A DNA stretch of 64,000 nucleotides, taken from the IMG/VR virus record IMGVR_UViG_3300021376_000007. One strand, written 5' to 3'. The stretch comes from a virus. Positions 38,313 through 50,518 of this stretch are shown here, in pieces. The notes under the pieces were generated by a model, which made no database searches, was not told the origin of the DNA, and saw only the letters and a program-made list of their open reading frames with translations. The translations under genes and the position numbers were made by a program. Every line of letters starts with the position of its first letter. Position 1 is the stretch's first letter.

Positions 38313-41300
38313 ATGTCAAAGTTTGACGATATTGTCGATATGTACGTAGAAGTTTTTGGTACTCAAAAATCAAGAGCAGAAATTGAAAGACTGGTAGAAA
38401 AAAATTTAAGATTACCAAGTGCAGCTCGAGTACCTAGAACTATTGACAACGCAGAAATTTTTGAAGGACTAGAAAATCTGCAAGTTGCTTATAGAGATGC
38501 AATAAGAGCAGAACTAGAAGGTGGTCTTTTTGGTTCTCAAAGAAAACGAATGCTAGAGCTAGCTTTGGATTCTCCAACAATGAATCTTTCCTTGATATCA
38601 TCTCAAGCAGAAAGATCCAGATTAGATAGACAATTTCAAGATCTTGTATTTCAAAGTTATGAATCAAGTTATGGTCTTCCTTCTATACAGCTTCCATCAG
38701 GTAACCCAAGGAGAGCCACTGTTTATGGAATGTCTCAACCAGGCGTGGATAATGCCCTAGACACTTTGCTTCAAGGAAGGGCAATTTCTGTTGATATAAC
38801 CAAGCGAGGATTGGGAAGAAATGCAATGAGAGTATCCGCAACAGATATTCCAACCGCAGAATATTTAAGGCAGGGTTTAACGAGAAGAAATACCACTCAA
38901 ATGTTAGATGATGCACTAACTGAAGCAAGAAGAACGGGAGGAGCGACAGCAGGTATACGTTTAGCTGCTTTGGACGTTGAAACTGGAGGTGTTGGTCCAT
39001 ATGATCAAGTTAGGTCTTTATCTGTTGGTTTTTATGATCTAACAGGAGCAGATTCCACCGCTGCCTTGGGGGCTATGCCGGTAAGTCCAACAAGTAGATC
39101 AAACGTGCACATGATTGTTCCAGAAATGGAATCAGTAAGAGCTGGAAGACCAGGTCAGGCTGCAATAGGATTGGGAACAAGAACATATCGAATAGAGACA
39201 GGGTCAACTGGAGGAATTGTGCACAATTTGACGACTGCAGCTGGAAGATCTTCAGCAGCAGCAAACTATGAAGAACAAATCAGAAATCTTCTTGATCCAA
39301 ATACGTTTATTGTTGGTAACAAGGTTGGATCTTTTGACGTTCCAAAAATAATAAACAGCGCTGCCGCACTTGATGAATTTATGAACGTACCGGAAAGAGC
39401 AGCTCTTTTAACGGCTCTTCAACAAAAGTTAACTTCTGGAACAGGAGTAATAGACGTTACACAACTTGCAGGTGAGCATATCTTTGAAAAAATGGGACTA
39501 TTACAACGAGCTGCAGAAGCAAGAGGTGAGACTTTAGAGTCCATGTTAGGTGAAGCGGTGAGTTCAATACTGTCTCCAGAAACAGCATTAAAAGCAGGAA
39601 GGTTTGGAGAATCTGTAAAACCTAGAGGTATTGAAAGTATTTTATTAACAACAGATCTGTTAGAAAGGTTAACTCAGACGCCAGAAGGTGAAGGCTTAGT
39701 TCGTAGACTAGCATCCGGCGCACACATATCTGATGTAGACTTGCAATTATCAGCTGCTATTATAAGAGGTGTTCAGACCGATCAAATGGAATTATTAACA
39801 GCAGGTAGCAGGGGAACCATTGGAGGAGTAGCTATAGACCGCATGCTTGCTTCAGCAGTAGAACAAGCAAGAGTATCAATATCAAGAATTGGTGCAATGA
39901 CTCCGACTACAAATCTAGCAAACATAGAAGAAATATCTGATCAGGTTTTTGGATTTTTGTCAACTACAACAGACCCTAGAATAATGCAGGGGATGAGAAT
40001 TGAATATGCAGGAGGTTATCAAGATTATAACCTTGCTACAGGTACTTATCAGCGAGTTATTGGAGGTACTGTAACAGATGTTCCAGAATTTCTTGCACAC
40101 AGAGCAATTAAAAATACTTTAGATTTAGCTAAAGCAGCTACTCCTGGTCCATATGGAGAAGCTACAAGGGCAAGAGTTTTAAGTCTAGGAATATCTGCCA
40201 GTGAAGCTGGACAAATGGAAAGAACTCTGCAATACGCAGACACAGTTGCTGGAATTGGAGTTCCTGGTCCAGCTTCAATGATTGATTTATTAGATACCGA
40301 AGCTGGTCAGGAAGCTTTTGTTGATTCCATGTCTGCAACGAGAAGATTTGTAGGAATGCCACATCTTCAAGAAAGAAATCTTTTAATAGATAGAGTTATG
40401 GGAAGATCTATGAGAGAAAGACAGGCTGTTTTTAATGAAGCAAATGCACCTTCAATGATTCAAGCTTTACATTTTGGAAAAGCCGGAATGGAAATGATTG
40501 ATCCAACTATTAGATCTAATTTTGTTGCAGCTTCAGCAATTACTGCAGATGTTGCTTTTAGTACCACTCAAGGAAGAAGAGCAACTGCATTAAGAGTGGC
40601 AAGGCAACAATTTTTGATGACAAACCCAGGTGCAACTCCAGATTTGGTTGAAGCACATTTGGCAACTTTGAGCTCAGAACAAATTGAAAGTCTAGCAACT
40701 AGAGCACAACAGATTGCTGGTGGCAGAAATCTTTTAGGTGAAATGGGAGTAATAACTTTTGAAGAAACTACTCCTTCAGTAATGAGAGCTGGTGGCTCTG
40801 GGGAGCTGGGAAGAATAAGGCTAACACAGCAAGCATTGAGTGACATAAGAGTTAAGTCTACTGCCACTGGACTATTTGATACACCATTATTGGAATCACC
40901 ACTTTATGAATCTGCAGGACTTGGAAAAATGCATATGTCAGAAGTTAACTTGAATAATGATCAAAAAATGATTAACTTCATAATGGGCGAAGGAAGAATG
41001 GGTAGACAAGAATCAAGAAGTTTATCTGAAGGACTTGTTGATATGTGGAGAAGAAAAATAATAGACGAAGGTTTATCTGATGACACCTTAATTGAAACTG
41101 GAATATTTAAATCTCAACAAGAGATTGCAAATATTAGAGGAATACTTCAAAGAGGTTCTACCGCAATAGAAGATGAATTAATAGCTCCTATTGCTCGACA
41201 ATTTAGTGAACATGGAGGACCAATTAGAGGAACTGTTACCGGAGACGTTGCCGAAGGTCTTGCCTCACTTCAACACAGTATATCTCAAAGTGTTGGAAAT

Positions 41301-41933
41301 GATCAGGTTGGTGTTAGTAGAGGTATGGTTTTTAGGGCTGCAGGATTTGATCAGGGAACAGCAGGAGCAGGAGGAGTAGCAGGAGAAAGGGGGCTACTGT
41401 ACGCAGTTCCGGGAATGACAAACGCCACAGAAGCTCACGCAGCATCACTTGGAATATCAATGCCCGATGCAGCGCAAATGCTGGAGGATAGAGACATAGT
41501 TTTAGCTAAAGCAGAATCTAACACTGGATTTAGAAACATGCTTCGAAGAGCTTTTTCTAGACATAGAGTAGACGAAGGAATAGGTGGAACGTCTATTAGA
41601 CTCGGAAGAGATGCAAGAATAAGAGAAGCAGTCCAAAGAGCCAAGCCAAGTGTTTATAGAGGGGGAATTGGTGTAGCAGCTCTCAGTGCTGGTTACTATT
41701 TAGCTAGAAGAGGCAGAGACAAGCAGCTGCATGAACAGGTTATGCAAGAGCAACCAACTGAAAATCCGGGGTTGGTACAACAAGCAAACTACGACATGCA
41801 AGATGCCACAATGATTGATTCCATTAGAAGAGATCCACTCGTCACTGCGGGAGTTGTTGGAAATTTAGATCGAAACAAAATAGGTCACACAATGATGGGG
41901 CCTAATAAATATAATTATCTATTTGGAGAATAA
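38313..41933 (+). CDS. Large putative virion protein with DEDDh exonuclease-like domain
   Basis: AALDVETGG, VGNKVGSFDVP, IDVTQL, AHISDVD; C-terminal hydrophobic helix. Confidence 0.6.
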   Translation: MSKFDDIVDMYVEVFGTQKSRAEIERLVEKNLRLPSAARVPRTIDNAEIFEGLENLQVAYRDAIRAELEGGLFGSQRKRMLELALDSPTMNLSLISSQAERSRLDRQFQDLVFQSYESSYGLPSIQLPSGNPRRATVYGMSQPGVDNALDTLLQGRAISVDITKRGLGRNAMRVSATDIPTAEYLRQGLTRRNTTQMLDDALTEARRTGGATAGIRLAALDVETGGVGPYDQVRSLSVGFYDLTGADSTAALGAMPVSPTSRSNVHMIVPEMESVRAGRPGQAAIGLGTRTYRIETGSTGGIVHNLTTAAGRSSAAANYEEQIRNLLDPNTFIVGNKVGSFDVPKIINSAAALDEFMNVPERAALLTALQQKLTSGTGVIDVTQLAGEHIFEKMGLLQRAAEARGETLESMLGEAVSSILSPETALKAGRFGESVKPRGIESILLTTDLLERLTQTPEGEGLVRRLASGAHISDVDLQLSAAIIRGVQTDQMELLTAGSRGTIGGVAIDRMLASAVEQARVSISRIGAMTPTTNLANIEEISDQVFGFLSTTTDPRIMQGMRIEYAGGYQDYNLATGTYQRVIGGTVTDVPEFLAHRAIKNTLDLAKAATPGPYGEATRARVLSLGISASEAGQMERTLQYADTVAGIGVPGPASMIDLLDTEAGQEAFVDSMSATRRFVGMPHLQERNLLIDRVMGRSMRERQAVFNEANAPSMIQALHFGKAGMEMIDPTIRSNFVAASAITADVAFSTTQGRRATALRVARQQFLMTNPGATPDLVEAHLATLSSEQIESLATRAQQIAGGRNLLGEMGVITFEETTPSVMRAGGSGELGRIRLTQQALSDIRVKSTATGLFDTPLLESPLYESAGLGKMHMSEVNLNNDQKMINFIMGEGRMGRQESRSLSEGLVDMWRRKIIDEGLSDDTLIETGIFKSQQEIANIRGILQRGSTAIEDELIAPIARQFSEHGGPIRGTVTGDVAEGLASLQHSISQSVGNDQVGVSRGMVFRAAGFDQGTAGAGGVAGERGLLYAVPGMTNATEAHAASLGISMPDAAQMLEDRDIVLAKAESNTGFRNMLRRAFSRHRVDEGIGGTSIRLGRDARIREAVQRAKPSVYRGGIGVAALSAGYYLARRGRDKQLHEQVMQEQPTENPGLVQQANYDMQDATMIDSIRRDPLVTAGVVGNLDRNKIGHTMMGPNKYNYLFGE

Positions 41934-41935
41934 AA

Positions 41936-42832
41936 ATGCCTGTGTTATCAAATTTAGCCGCTAGGGGTAGATCTTTAGCCGCTAGTGGTAGAGCGATTGT
42001 GGGATCAAGCAGTCCTGCGTTATCAGAGATATCCGATATGGGTAGAGCAATTGTGGGACCAGGCGGTTCTACACGTCGAAAAGTGGCTGGAAGCGTTATT
42101 TTAGGAGGTTTATTCCTTGCTGGCCTGGGAAAGACCCTAGGAAGAGGAATGACTGATGCAGCGATGGATCTTGCTTTTGATGATCCAGATGCAGACCTGA
42201 AGATGCTAGGCACTAAACTTACTCCAACAATGATGCTAGGAGTGCTATATCCCGATAAGGCAAATCCTGCAGCAGTGGGTGTTGGAGGATTTGGTGGTGG
42301 AGGTATTGGCGCAACAGCCGGAGCAATGCTTGGTAGAAGATTTGGTAGAGCAGGAATGCTAGCAGGCGGTACAATTGGCGGAATTGCTGGTCTTACTCTT
42401 GGAGCAACCACTGGATCTTTGGCTACTGGAGGAGTAGGATCTCTAGCAAGAGCGCAACATCCAACTAGGTTCCCTGCAGATACATTTGGGGATGCTGTGG
42501 ATATAGGGTACACTACAATGACGCTAGGAATGCTAACAGGCGGAATTGCTGGCGGTGCTATCGGAGCTAGGGGACCTAGATTTGGAGGGGGCAGAAGGGG
42601 ACTAGCACTAGGAGCAATTTCGGGAGTTGCATATGGAGGTCTTGCAGGTGCTGCAGCGGGAGGATTGTTTGTAGGTGGATCAATAGCAACAACAAATCAA
42701 GCTAGAAAAGCAAACATGCAAATAATTAATGAATCTCCATTTTACAACTCATCACTTTTAACTGCAGAAAGATTAAATGCAAGAGGAGACATAGTTTTTG
42801 GCGCTCACAATACAAGAAGGGGCGGATACTAA
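41936..42832 (+). CDS. Gly-rich hydrophobic (glycine-zipper) putative ejection/internal protein
   Basis: Repeated GxxxG hydrophobic segments. Confidence 0.55.
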   Translation: MPVLSNLAARGRSLAASGRAIVGSSSPALSEISDMGRAIVGPGGSTRRKVAGSVILGGLFLAGLGKTLGRGMTDAAMDLAFDDPDADLKMLGTKLTPTMMLGVLYPDKANPAAVGVGGFGGGGIGATAGAMLGRRFGRAGMLAGGTIGGIAGLTLGATTGSLATGGVGSLARAQHPTRFPADTFGDAVDIGYTTMTLGMLTGGIAGGAIGARGPRFGGGRRGLALGAISGVAYGGLAGAAAGGLFVGGSIATTNQARKANMQIINESPFYNSSLLTAERLNARGDIVFGAHNTRRGGY

Positions 42833-44445
42833 TGCCTGAAATGGATCAATTTGGAGCACAAGTGCAGGGTCAGGCTGCGCAACAGGCCATGCAGCAACCT
42901 ATGCAAATGTCGACGCCATTGCCTCTAAAAATTTTGGGTGCAATACCAATGATGGGCCTAACGCAGTCCGTTGTTTTTGGTGCGACCCGTTACGCAAATA
43001 CAATGTTTAGTGGAGGTTTTCTTGATGTCGGAGAAGGAACAAAAAACACAAGATTACAAGGGCTAAGACAATCAATAGGCAGAAGAACAGGGGCATACAT
43101 TGATCAAACAATGAGTGACCCGGCAGATTACGCTTTTGGTAAAAATTTTCTTGGCAGATTTGCAGGCAAAAAAATAAAAGCGCAAGCAACTAACGTTACT
43201 CCTTTTGCCGGAGTGAGACTTGACTCAGTTGCAAGGCTAGGTGGTGTATCCGGCAGAAATGCTCCATATACACCATATCAAGGTGGAGCTTTTGTTTCGG
43301 ACATGTTGCTGAAGCCAAAGTTTATGAAAAACATAGCCAGAAAATTTTTTGGAGACGTAGTTGATTCAGGAAGTGAAGCAAATCCATTGTTTACAGGTGG
43401 TGTTTTTGGTAGATTAAATACGGCAAGTAGAGCAGACAATTTCCAAGAAGCTAAAAAGGCAGCAGATGCGTTAAGGGCAAGTCCGGGTTTTGATGAAGCA
43501 ACAGCAACTAGGGCACAAAGAAGAACTCTTGCAAGAGGAGCAAAAGCAGAAGCCAATCTAGCTAGATTAGAATCTAATTTGCTTAAGTTGGGCAAACAGA
43601 CAAATGCGCCATTTATGCAAAGTATTGTTAGAAATGAATTAGCAAGATCTGGACTCGGAGCAATAATGGATCCTGCATCTATAACAGACGATGCGATTAA
43701 TGCTGCAATTAAGTCGGGAACATACGATGATGTCATAAGAGCAGGAATGGGCGGGATGAGCATAACTGAAAAGTTAATGCACACTATACCGGGTCAAATA
43801 ACTAAAGACCTTTTTGGATATGGAAGAATAATTAGTGGAGACTTTTCAAAGGTATTAGTATCAAATGAAAAAATAGCTAAAAGAGTTGCAGGATCTTTTG
43901 GTCGTGCAATGGAAACCACTAAAATTGGATCGACAGGATTGTTCGGGCCTACTGGACTTGTAGATGATGCAACCCATGCTCTTAAAGTTGGTGGTTTTCT
44001 GCCAGGGGCAAGCTATGCAGACGATGCAATGAACTTGTTAAAAACCGGAGATGTCAAGGCTATGAGAAGCGTAGCTGGTCAAGTTGGTATGAAAGCACTT
44101 AGAGAAAAGCAATATGGAACTGCCTTAAAAATGGGTGGACATTATTTAGGCACATATGGTAAACTTGCAGGTAAAGCATTCAGCGCCTATGGATGGGCAA
44201 CTCTTGCCTATGATGTGGGCAAGGGCGTAGGCAACGCCATAATGGGTGGGATTAATTTTCAAAAAGAAGCACTTAAATCAATGAAGGGAAGCATTAACAA
44301 ACCCATTTTTGGAGCGGGATATAAGGATAATGAAGTTGCGGCTACATCAAGAGCAAGGGGAGTTATGGCTATACAGAATTCAAGATTAAACGCAAGGAGC
44401 ATGCTCGGCTCTGAGGGCTCTATGCTGGCAGCACATTTTGGATAA
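42832..44445 (+). CDS. Putative internal virion protein
   Basis: 537 aa, Gly/Ala/Met-rich, coupled to neighbours. Confidence 0.55.
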   Translation: MPEMDQFGAQVQGQAAQQAMQQPMQMSTPLPLKILGAIPMMGLTQSVVFGATRYANTMFSGGFLDVGEGTKNTRLQGLRQSIGRRTGAYIDQTMSDPADYAFGKNFLGRFAGKKIKAQATNVTPFAGVRLDSVARLGGVSGRNAPYTPYQGGAFVSDMLLKPKFMKNIARKFFGDVVDSGSEANPLFTGGVFGRLNTASRADNFQEAKKAADALRASPGFDEATATRAQRRTLARGAKAEANLARLESNLLKLGKQTNAPFMQSIVRNELARSGLGAIMDPASITDDAINAAIKSGTYDDVIRAGMGGMSITEKLMHTIPGQITKDLFGYGRIISGDFSKVLVSNEKIAKRVAGSFGRAMETTKIGSTGLFGPTGLVDDATHALKVGGFLPGASYADDAMNLLKTGDVKAMRSVAGQVGMKALREKQYGTALKMGGHYLGTYGKLAGKAFSAYGWATLAYDVGKGVGNAIMGGINFQKEALKSMKGSINKPIFGAGYKDNEVAATSRARGVMAIQNSRLNARSMLGSEGSMLAAHFG

Positions 44446-44447
44446 TT

Positions 44448-46323
44448 ATGACAGCAGCACTATCATCTAAAACGAAAAAATTTAGACAAGATTTAGAACA
44501 ACTTTCTAGAGAAGATTTAATTGAACTAATTAAAGCTCAAGACATTGAAACATTTAAGCAAATTAATAGAATTGAATGGGTATTTGCAAATAAACTTCAA
44601 CATCTTAACTGGGCTGATGGAGAACAAGTAACTGGCAGACCTATGACAAATAGGGAATTATCTCTTTTGATAGATGAACCTTTTGAAATAGATAATGATT
44701 TATTAGAACTTCGGAATATCGGCAGAACAACAAAAGCAAATACACATAGCAAAAGATCCGTGCGTATGGGCTAAACATTTTCTTGATGCAGAAACAAGAG
44801 TTTATCAAACGTTAATTTTGCGCGACCCAGCTTTGAGAAAAGTCTTAAGAGCTGGTCGTCGTCTTGGTAAGACTTTTAGTATGGCAATATATCTATTGCA
44901 CTATAGCTATACTCACAAAGACGGAAGATGTCTTGTTATTGCACCAATGAAATCTCATGTTGAATTAATTTATCAAGAGATATTGAAACTAGCTTCTAAA
45001 AATGAAATAGTTATGAATTCAATAATAAGAAAAGTAACGTCTCCTCAATTTATGATTCAATTTACAAATGGCTCTACAGTAAGATTTTTTACATCTGGGA
45101 TGAGGTCAGGTGGTAAATCCGACGTAGCCAGAGGTCAGGAGGCACATGTCATTGTTCTTGATGAAATGGACTACATGCATGCAGACGATTTAGACGCACT
45201 TTATGCTATGCTGCAGAAAACAGCAGAAGATCAACTTGACAAAGTTTTGATTGGTGCATCTACTCCAACTGGTAGAAGAGAAAGATTTTGGGAATGGTGC
45301 AGAAGCGCTAGATTCAAAGAATTTTGGTTTCCTTCTTACTGCAATCCTTTTTTTTCCAAAGATCAAGAAGATGAATTCAGAGAACAATATTCAGAAATTG
45401 GATACAGACACGAAATAGAAGCTGATTGGGGTGAAGACGCAGAGGGCGTATATCCAAGAAAATATGTTGACAAGGCGTTTATATCTCCAAGCTGGAATTA
45501 TATTCCAGAGATAAACTCTGCAAGAAGTTTTTTTGTTATGGGAGTTGACTGGGACAAATATGGAGCAGGAACAAATGTCGTAATTTTAGAAGCTTGCTCT
45601 GATATATATGAAGAAGAAAGATTTAGAAACAAAGTAAAAGTTGCCTATAGAGAAGAAATACAAAAATCCGAATATACTTTGACTAAAGCCGTCTCCAAAA
45701 TAGTTGAATTAAATGATATATTTCAGCCAAAACACATATATGTTGATAGAGGTTTTGGAGAAGTTCAAGTAGAGCTTTTGCACAAGTATGGTGTAGAGAA
45801 TCCAATATCTGGACTAAAACAAAAAGTTAAAGGGGTTAGCTTTGCAGAGGCAATAGAAATTAGGGACCCATACACTAAATTGCCAGTTAAAAAGGAAATA
45901 AAACCATATATGGTGGACAACTTAAGACAATATTTAGAAAGAGAAATATTAGTTGCTCCAGAAAAAGACGATGAGTTGTATATGCAACTAATATCTTACG
46001 TAGTTTTAAGAACTACTCAAACTGGTAGGCCAGTTTTTGAAGCAGCTGGGTCAGCGCAAGATCATGCTCACGATGCGTTGATTCTAGCTTTGTTATCAAT
46101 AACAGAAAATTACAACGATTTACACAAAACAAGATATACTACAAAGACAAGCAGTTTTTCTAACACTTTTTTTATGCCCGGACAAAGTAACAAAGATGAT
46201 GATGAAAAAACAAGTTCTGAAACAAAAATAATTAATAGAACTCAACCAATAGCAGCAAAAGCTTATTTTAAAAAAGGACCTTCTAGAAAAACTGGTTCGC
46301 CAATTAGAAGGGAAACATTTTAA
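44448..46323 (+). CDS. terL: Terminase large subunit (+1 frameshift at 44712)
   Basis: AGRRLGKT, IVLDEMD, ASTP, MGVDWD, DHAHDAL; skipping C44712 joins 44448-44774 to 44818-46323. Confidence 0.92.
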
Positions 46324-46332
46324 GGAAAGATT

Positions 46333-47937
46333 ATGGCTAATTATGGTCTAGGAAATTCAAATGCGGTAGAAGATGTATTTGCAGAACCAATATCAAATAC
46401 GTCTAGTTTAAATTCGCTTGAAAAAAGAATAGAAGAATTTAACCAAACACAGCGTTCTCCTTATGCGTTTGATAATTCAGTATCTCAAATAAAAATAAAA
46501 GACGTTAGATCTTATATATTTGAGTGCGAAAAAATAATATACAACCTGTTAAGTGAGGTTGAAACAAATCTTGAAAGTGTTAATATTAATCCTTATGTTA
46601 ACTCAAAAATTGATTCAGCTCATACTGCAGTTTGGAAAGATGTTGAAAAACACAACAAAAAGACACAATTTGATTCCGAAGAAGGAACATTCACAATACA
46701 AGTGGAAAATCCAAAACCTAGTTTTATTTGTTATCAAGAATACATTTTTGCAGCGAGTCATCAATGCAGAGCCTGTAGAGAATTCATAAAACAATATGAA
46801 CTTGTCATATCTCAGACTAGCTTTGGACATTTATATGCAATTAAAAAAATGTTGGAGCATTTGTATGATGAAATAATGTTAATAAAAAATATATCTGTTA
46901 ATTATTTTGGGGAGACATATAATAATGAAACCGAAAGCGAAATTGCAAAACATCTCACAGACTGGGCAAAAACAGTTACGCATTATACGAAGCAATTTGC
47001 CAAGGAAATTACAACCCTACCAGTCTCACTCCCACAATCCGAGTTGGATCAAGTCTCTGCAAAACAAGCCGCGCAATTTCAAGCATTTTTTTCGATCAAA
47101 ATAAATTCAATAGCGTCTGAAATTAATTCTTTGATTCATTTAGTAAAAAGAGATAGCTCAGACACATCTCAAATGTTTTACAACAACTTTTTGTTACCTG
47201 TGTTAACATTCAAGTCTAAATTGCTAGAGCCACTCATGCTGGATATGTCAACAACGTCAATGTCTTTGCAACTGCCAACCTTGACCGGAGAACTGGTCGT
47301 TGCAAACAATGCGATAGTTGGAAATCTTGGATCAATAACTGCAGACCTTGTTGAAAGAAGAATTACATTGGGCAAGAGACTTTCTGCCTTTGTTGAAAAT
47401 ATAAACTTAAAAAGAAGATACATAAACTATCTTATACAAATGGAATCAATAGGAAAATTAAGACAACCGTTTTTGACAGATCCATCATCAGATGATGTAA
47501 AAAAATACGTCGAAGCATTTAGTTCTATTGTTGTTGATTCATCAAAAAGAGAAAGTCTTAGGTCTTCTCATGACGATTTAGACGACATAGACGGAGATGC
47601 TCATCCTCAATATTTGAGAATTGATGGCGGAACAATATATGGGCCAATTACATTTGCGGAGGGTGCCACGATTGCAGGTATGGATCTAGCAAATCATACT
47701 CACAACATGACAGATGGAAGCTATGCGATAAATGCAAACTCTATAGATTATGAATCAGCAAGAGAGGAGTATTATAGGTTTGAAGATAACAAACCATATT
47801 CAAATTTAGTTGTTACGGGATTCAATGCTGTCTCAAAAATAGGCGGAGGTTATGATTTTGATGTTTCTTTTGACATAGAAATAGAGGATGATAAAATAAA
47901 TAGTTATGATTTTGAAATTTTGTATAAAGAGATTTAA
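46333..47937 (+). CDS. Hypothetical structural protein
   Basis: 534 aa; DAHPQYL...GGTI and NHTH motifs typical of virion fibre/baseplate proteins. Confidence 0.55.
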   Translation: MANYGLGNSNAVEDVFAEPISNTSSLNSLEKRIEEFNQTQRSPYAFDNSVSQIKIKDVRSYIFECEKIIYNLLSEVETNLESVNINPYVNSKIDSAHTAVWKDVEKHNKKTQFDSEEGTFTIQVENPKPSFICYQEYIFAASHQCRACREFIKQYELVISQTSFGHLYAIKKMLEHLYDEIMLIKNISVNYFGETYNNETESEIAKHLTDWAKTVTHYTKQFAKEITTLPVSLPQSELDQVSAKQAAQFQAFFSIKINSIASEINSLIHLVKRDSSDTSQMFYNNFLLPVLTFKSKLLEPLMLDMSTTSMSLQLPTLTGELVVANNAIVGNLGSITADLVERRITLGKRLSAFVENINLKRRYINYLIQMESIGKLRQPFLTDPSSDDVKKYVEAFSSIVVDSSKRESLRSSHDDLDDIDGDAHPQYLRIDGGTIYGPITFAEGATIAGMDLANHTHNMTDGSYAINANSIDYESAREEYYRFEDNKPYSNLVVTGFNAVSKIGGGYDFDVSFDIEIEDDKINSYDFEILYKEI

Positions 47938-47939
47938 CT

Positions 47940-48908
47940 ATGGCTTGGTTTAAATATTATACTAATTCATCTTTGGCAACTTCAATTACGCCTCCTGTAA
48001 GAAGATTGATAGTTTTTCCTTTTTTATCAGACAATTTAAAAATTGGAGATTGGATAGGGATTTCTCTAGAAAACTACAGTATAGGACAGGTTTTTTCGCA
48101 GAGTTCTAATTCTATTGTTAAATCTTTTGATCAAGATTCTTTTGTTGTTGTATATGAAATAGGAAATACAAAAACAGTGACATATAGTGGAGTGGATTCT
48201 GACAATATTTTATATTTTAAATCTGTTACAAATGTTAATAAAGGATTGAAACCAGAAGGTGCGTATTATCTGTATTATCACTCAGACAATGTGCAGTATA
48301 TTGAATTATCTGCATCAAATTATATTTCTACTAGCGCCTCCAATAACCCAACAAGCTACATAGCATCAACCTCTGGAACTGGGAACAACTTAATTGATTA
48401 CTATTCTCATAATGTGAAAAAAGATTCACTCAATACACGTGATGTAACAATAGGTTATTTTGGAAATTCTTTTTTATGGACAAATGGGGAAACTAGCTCT
48501 CCAGGCTCAAAAATAGTAGGATCATTCAGCGGTCCAAGATTAAAAATTTTTGGAGACAAGGGACCAAACAGAGGAAAAATAAAAGTAAAAATAACAAAAA
48601 CTACTCCAAGCGCAAGTGGACAAATTGTTGTAAAAGAAGAAACAAATATAGATTTGTATTTTGTGTCTAGCAATTTAAATACGCTAATATATAATTTTAA
48701 TGCGCTAGATATTGATACGCTAACAAAAGAAGAGCAATACAGCGACTATTCTTTTGAGGTAGAACTTCTTTCAGAAAAAAATCCTCTATCCTCAGCATCC
48801 TCTGTCAATATAACACAGTATGCCTTCAGCAAAAATTACAATTTGACCTTGAATGCAGAAGAAATAGATTCTGCAATAGCATTCATTAGCACTGGAGCAA
48901 TAAGATAA
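47940..48908 (+). CDS. Hypothetical beta-rich structural protein
   Basis: FSGPRLKIFGDKGPNRG jelly-roll-like segment. Confidence 0.55.
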   Translation: MAWFKYYTNSSLATSITPPVRRLIVFPFLSDNLKIGDWIGISLENYSIGQVFSQSSNSIVKSFDQDSFVVVYEIGNTKTVTYSGVDSDNILYFKSVTNVNKGLKPEGAYYLYYHSDNVQYIELSASNYISTSASNNPTSYIASTSGTGNNLIDYYSHNVKKDSLNTRDVTIGYFGNSFLWTNGETSSPGSKIVGSFSGPRLKIFGDKGPNRGKIKVKITKTTPSASGQIVVKEETNIDLYFVSSNLNTLIYNFNALDIDTLTKEEQYSDYSFEVELLSEKNPLSSASSVNITQYAFSKNYNLTLNAEEIDSAIAFISTGAIR

Positions 48909-50511
48909 TGACAATTATAAAGAAAACAGTAACACGGACTCAAGCCCAATTCCAACTATCTTTTTTCGTTGAAACCAAAAAACGCTGAAATATCAGCTGT
49001 TGATTCTTCACCAGAAGTGATAAGAGTGAAGACTCCCTCTGCAGCATCTTCATCAAATCCTTCTCCTATTGTTGGTTTAACTTTGGCAGCAAGCTTTGAG
49101 ACAGTTATGTATTCTTTTACGGCTGTCAATGATATTGACTTGGATTATTTTGAGTATGAGCTATACGACAATGCAGGCGGCACAGGTTCTCCAATAAAAA
49201 CTGGCAGGGCAAAAGCAAATGTTTTTACAGTTGCCGTAACAAACTCTACTGATTCAACACCTACAACTTATTCAGGAAGAGTAAGAACAGTAAGTACAAG
49301 TGGAGCAAAAAGTGATTATTCGGGAATCGCAGCATCTGGGAATACTCCATTAATCGAATCTCAATATATAAATAATTTAACTGCTAATAAAATTACAGCC
49401 GGAACAATAGGTGCACATACAATATCATTAGCTGGATCAACCTCAGTAATAAAATCAAGCACCTATGATGGACAATTAGTGGCTGGTTCGTGGACAACTG
49501 GTAATACCGGTTGGTTGATTGCAGGTAATGGTCAAGCTATCTTTGATGCAACGCAAATTAGAGGTTCTATATCAGCTGGTTCAATAAATTTAAATACCCA
49601 TAACTTTTGGCTTCCCTCCACTGTTGGTCCTCCATCTACTCCAGTAACTTTCAAGGTCGGCACTGGTTCACAGTATTTGTTGTTTGATGGCACAAACTTA
49701 TCATTGTCTGGATCTCTTTCTTCAGCTTCTGGAACTTTTACTGGATCTCTTTCTTCAGCTTCTGGAACTTTTACTGGAGCATTAGATGGTGGAACCATAA
49801 AGATTGGTTCAGGAGCAAGTGTATTTAAAGCAGATTCTAATGGTATTTATTTAGGCAGTGAAACATTTGGCATCGCTCCTTTTAGGGTTAGTACAAATGG
49901 AATAATTACCGCCACTGCGGGGTCTATTGGAAGCTATTCTATTGCATCAGGAAGCCTAACATCTTCATCTAGTGGAATGGCTGGTATAAACAATACATGG
50001 AGTTCAAATATAGCATTAAATACTAGTTCAAAAATTATTACAAATACGTATTATGTTGATAATTTCAATAGTTACCGGATATCATAACGTAATTACGTTC
50101 AATGACGTTGAAATTGAAGAGGGTGGAATTAAAGTTGAACGAGGCATATACGATGTAAACTTTATTCAAATACAAAGTTATGCAGGCTATAGATATGGTC
50201 CGTTGGGGCCACAAAATCTTTCTGATGAAAGATTAAAAAATATTATTAACAAACAAATCAATGCAAGTGATATTATTAATAATATTAACGTAAAGTCTTT
50301 TACTTACAAATCAGATAGTCTTAATAAAGAAAAATTAGGTTTTTTAGCTCAACAGCTTTATGAAATTCTTCCAGATTCAGTTGTTGTTGGCGGAGAAAAT
50401 GCAAGTACCAGACCATGGACAGTTATTATGGAAAGTTTAATTCCTTATTTAGTTAAGTCATTTCAAGAACTTTCTGCAAAAGTTGACGAACTGGAATCTC
50501 GTCTGGTATAA
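48908..50511 (+). CDS. Tail protein: FN3 domains, fibre region and C-terminal peptidase S74 chaperone (+1 frameshifts at 48935 and 50076)
   Basis: Restored VTGLKPNSNYLF FN3 motif; SDERLKN...GFLAQQL..ILPDSV...LIPYLVKSFQEL. Confidence 0.8.
49708..49778 (+). repeat. 33-bp tandem duplication (GSLSSASGTFT x2)
   Basis: ctggatctctttcttcagcttctggaactttta twice. Confidence 0.9.
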
Positions 50512-50518
50512 TTCAACT

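Noticed and set aside
44448-46323. Terminase, protease and fibre genes as pseudogenes, or as intron/intein-split genes
   Set aside because: Each break is a single base in the same context, with no other decay and no inserted sequence
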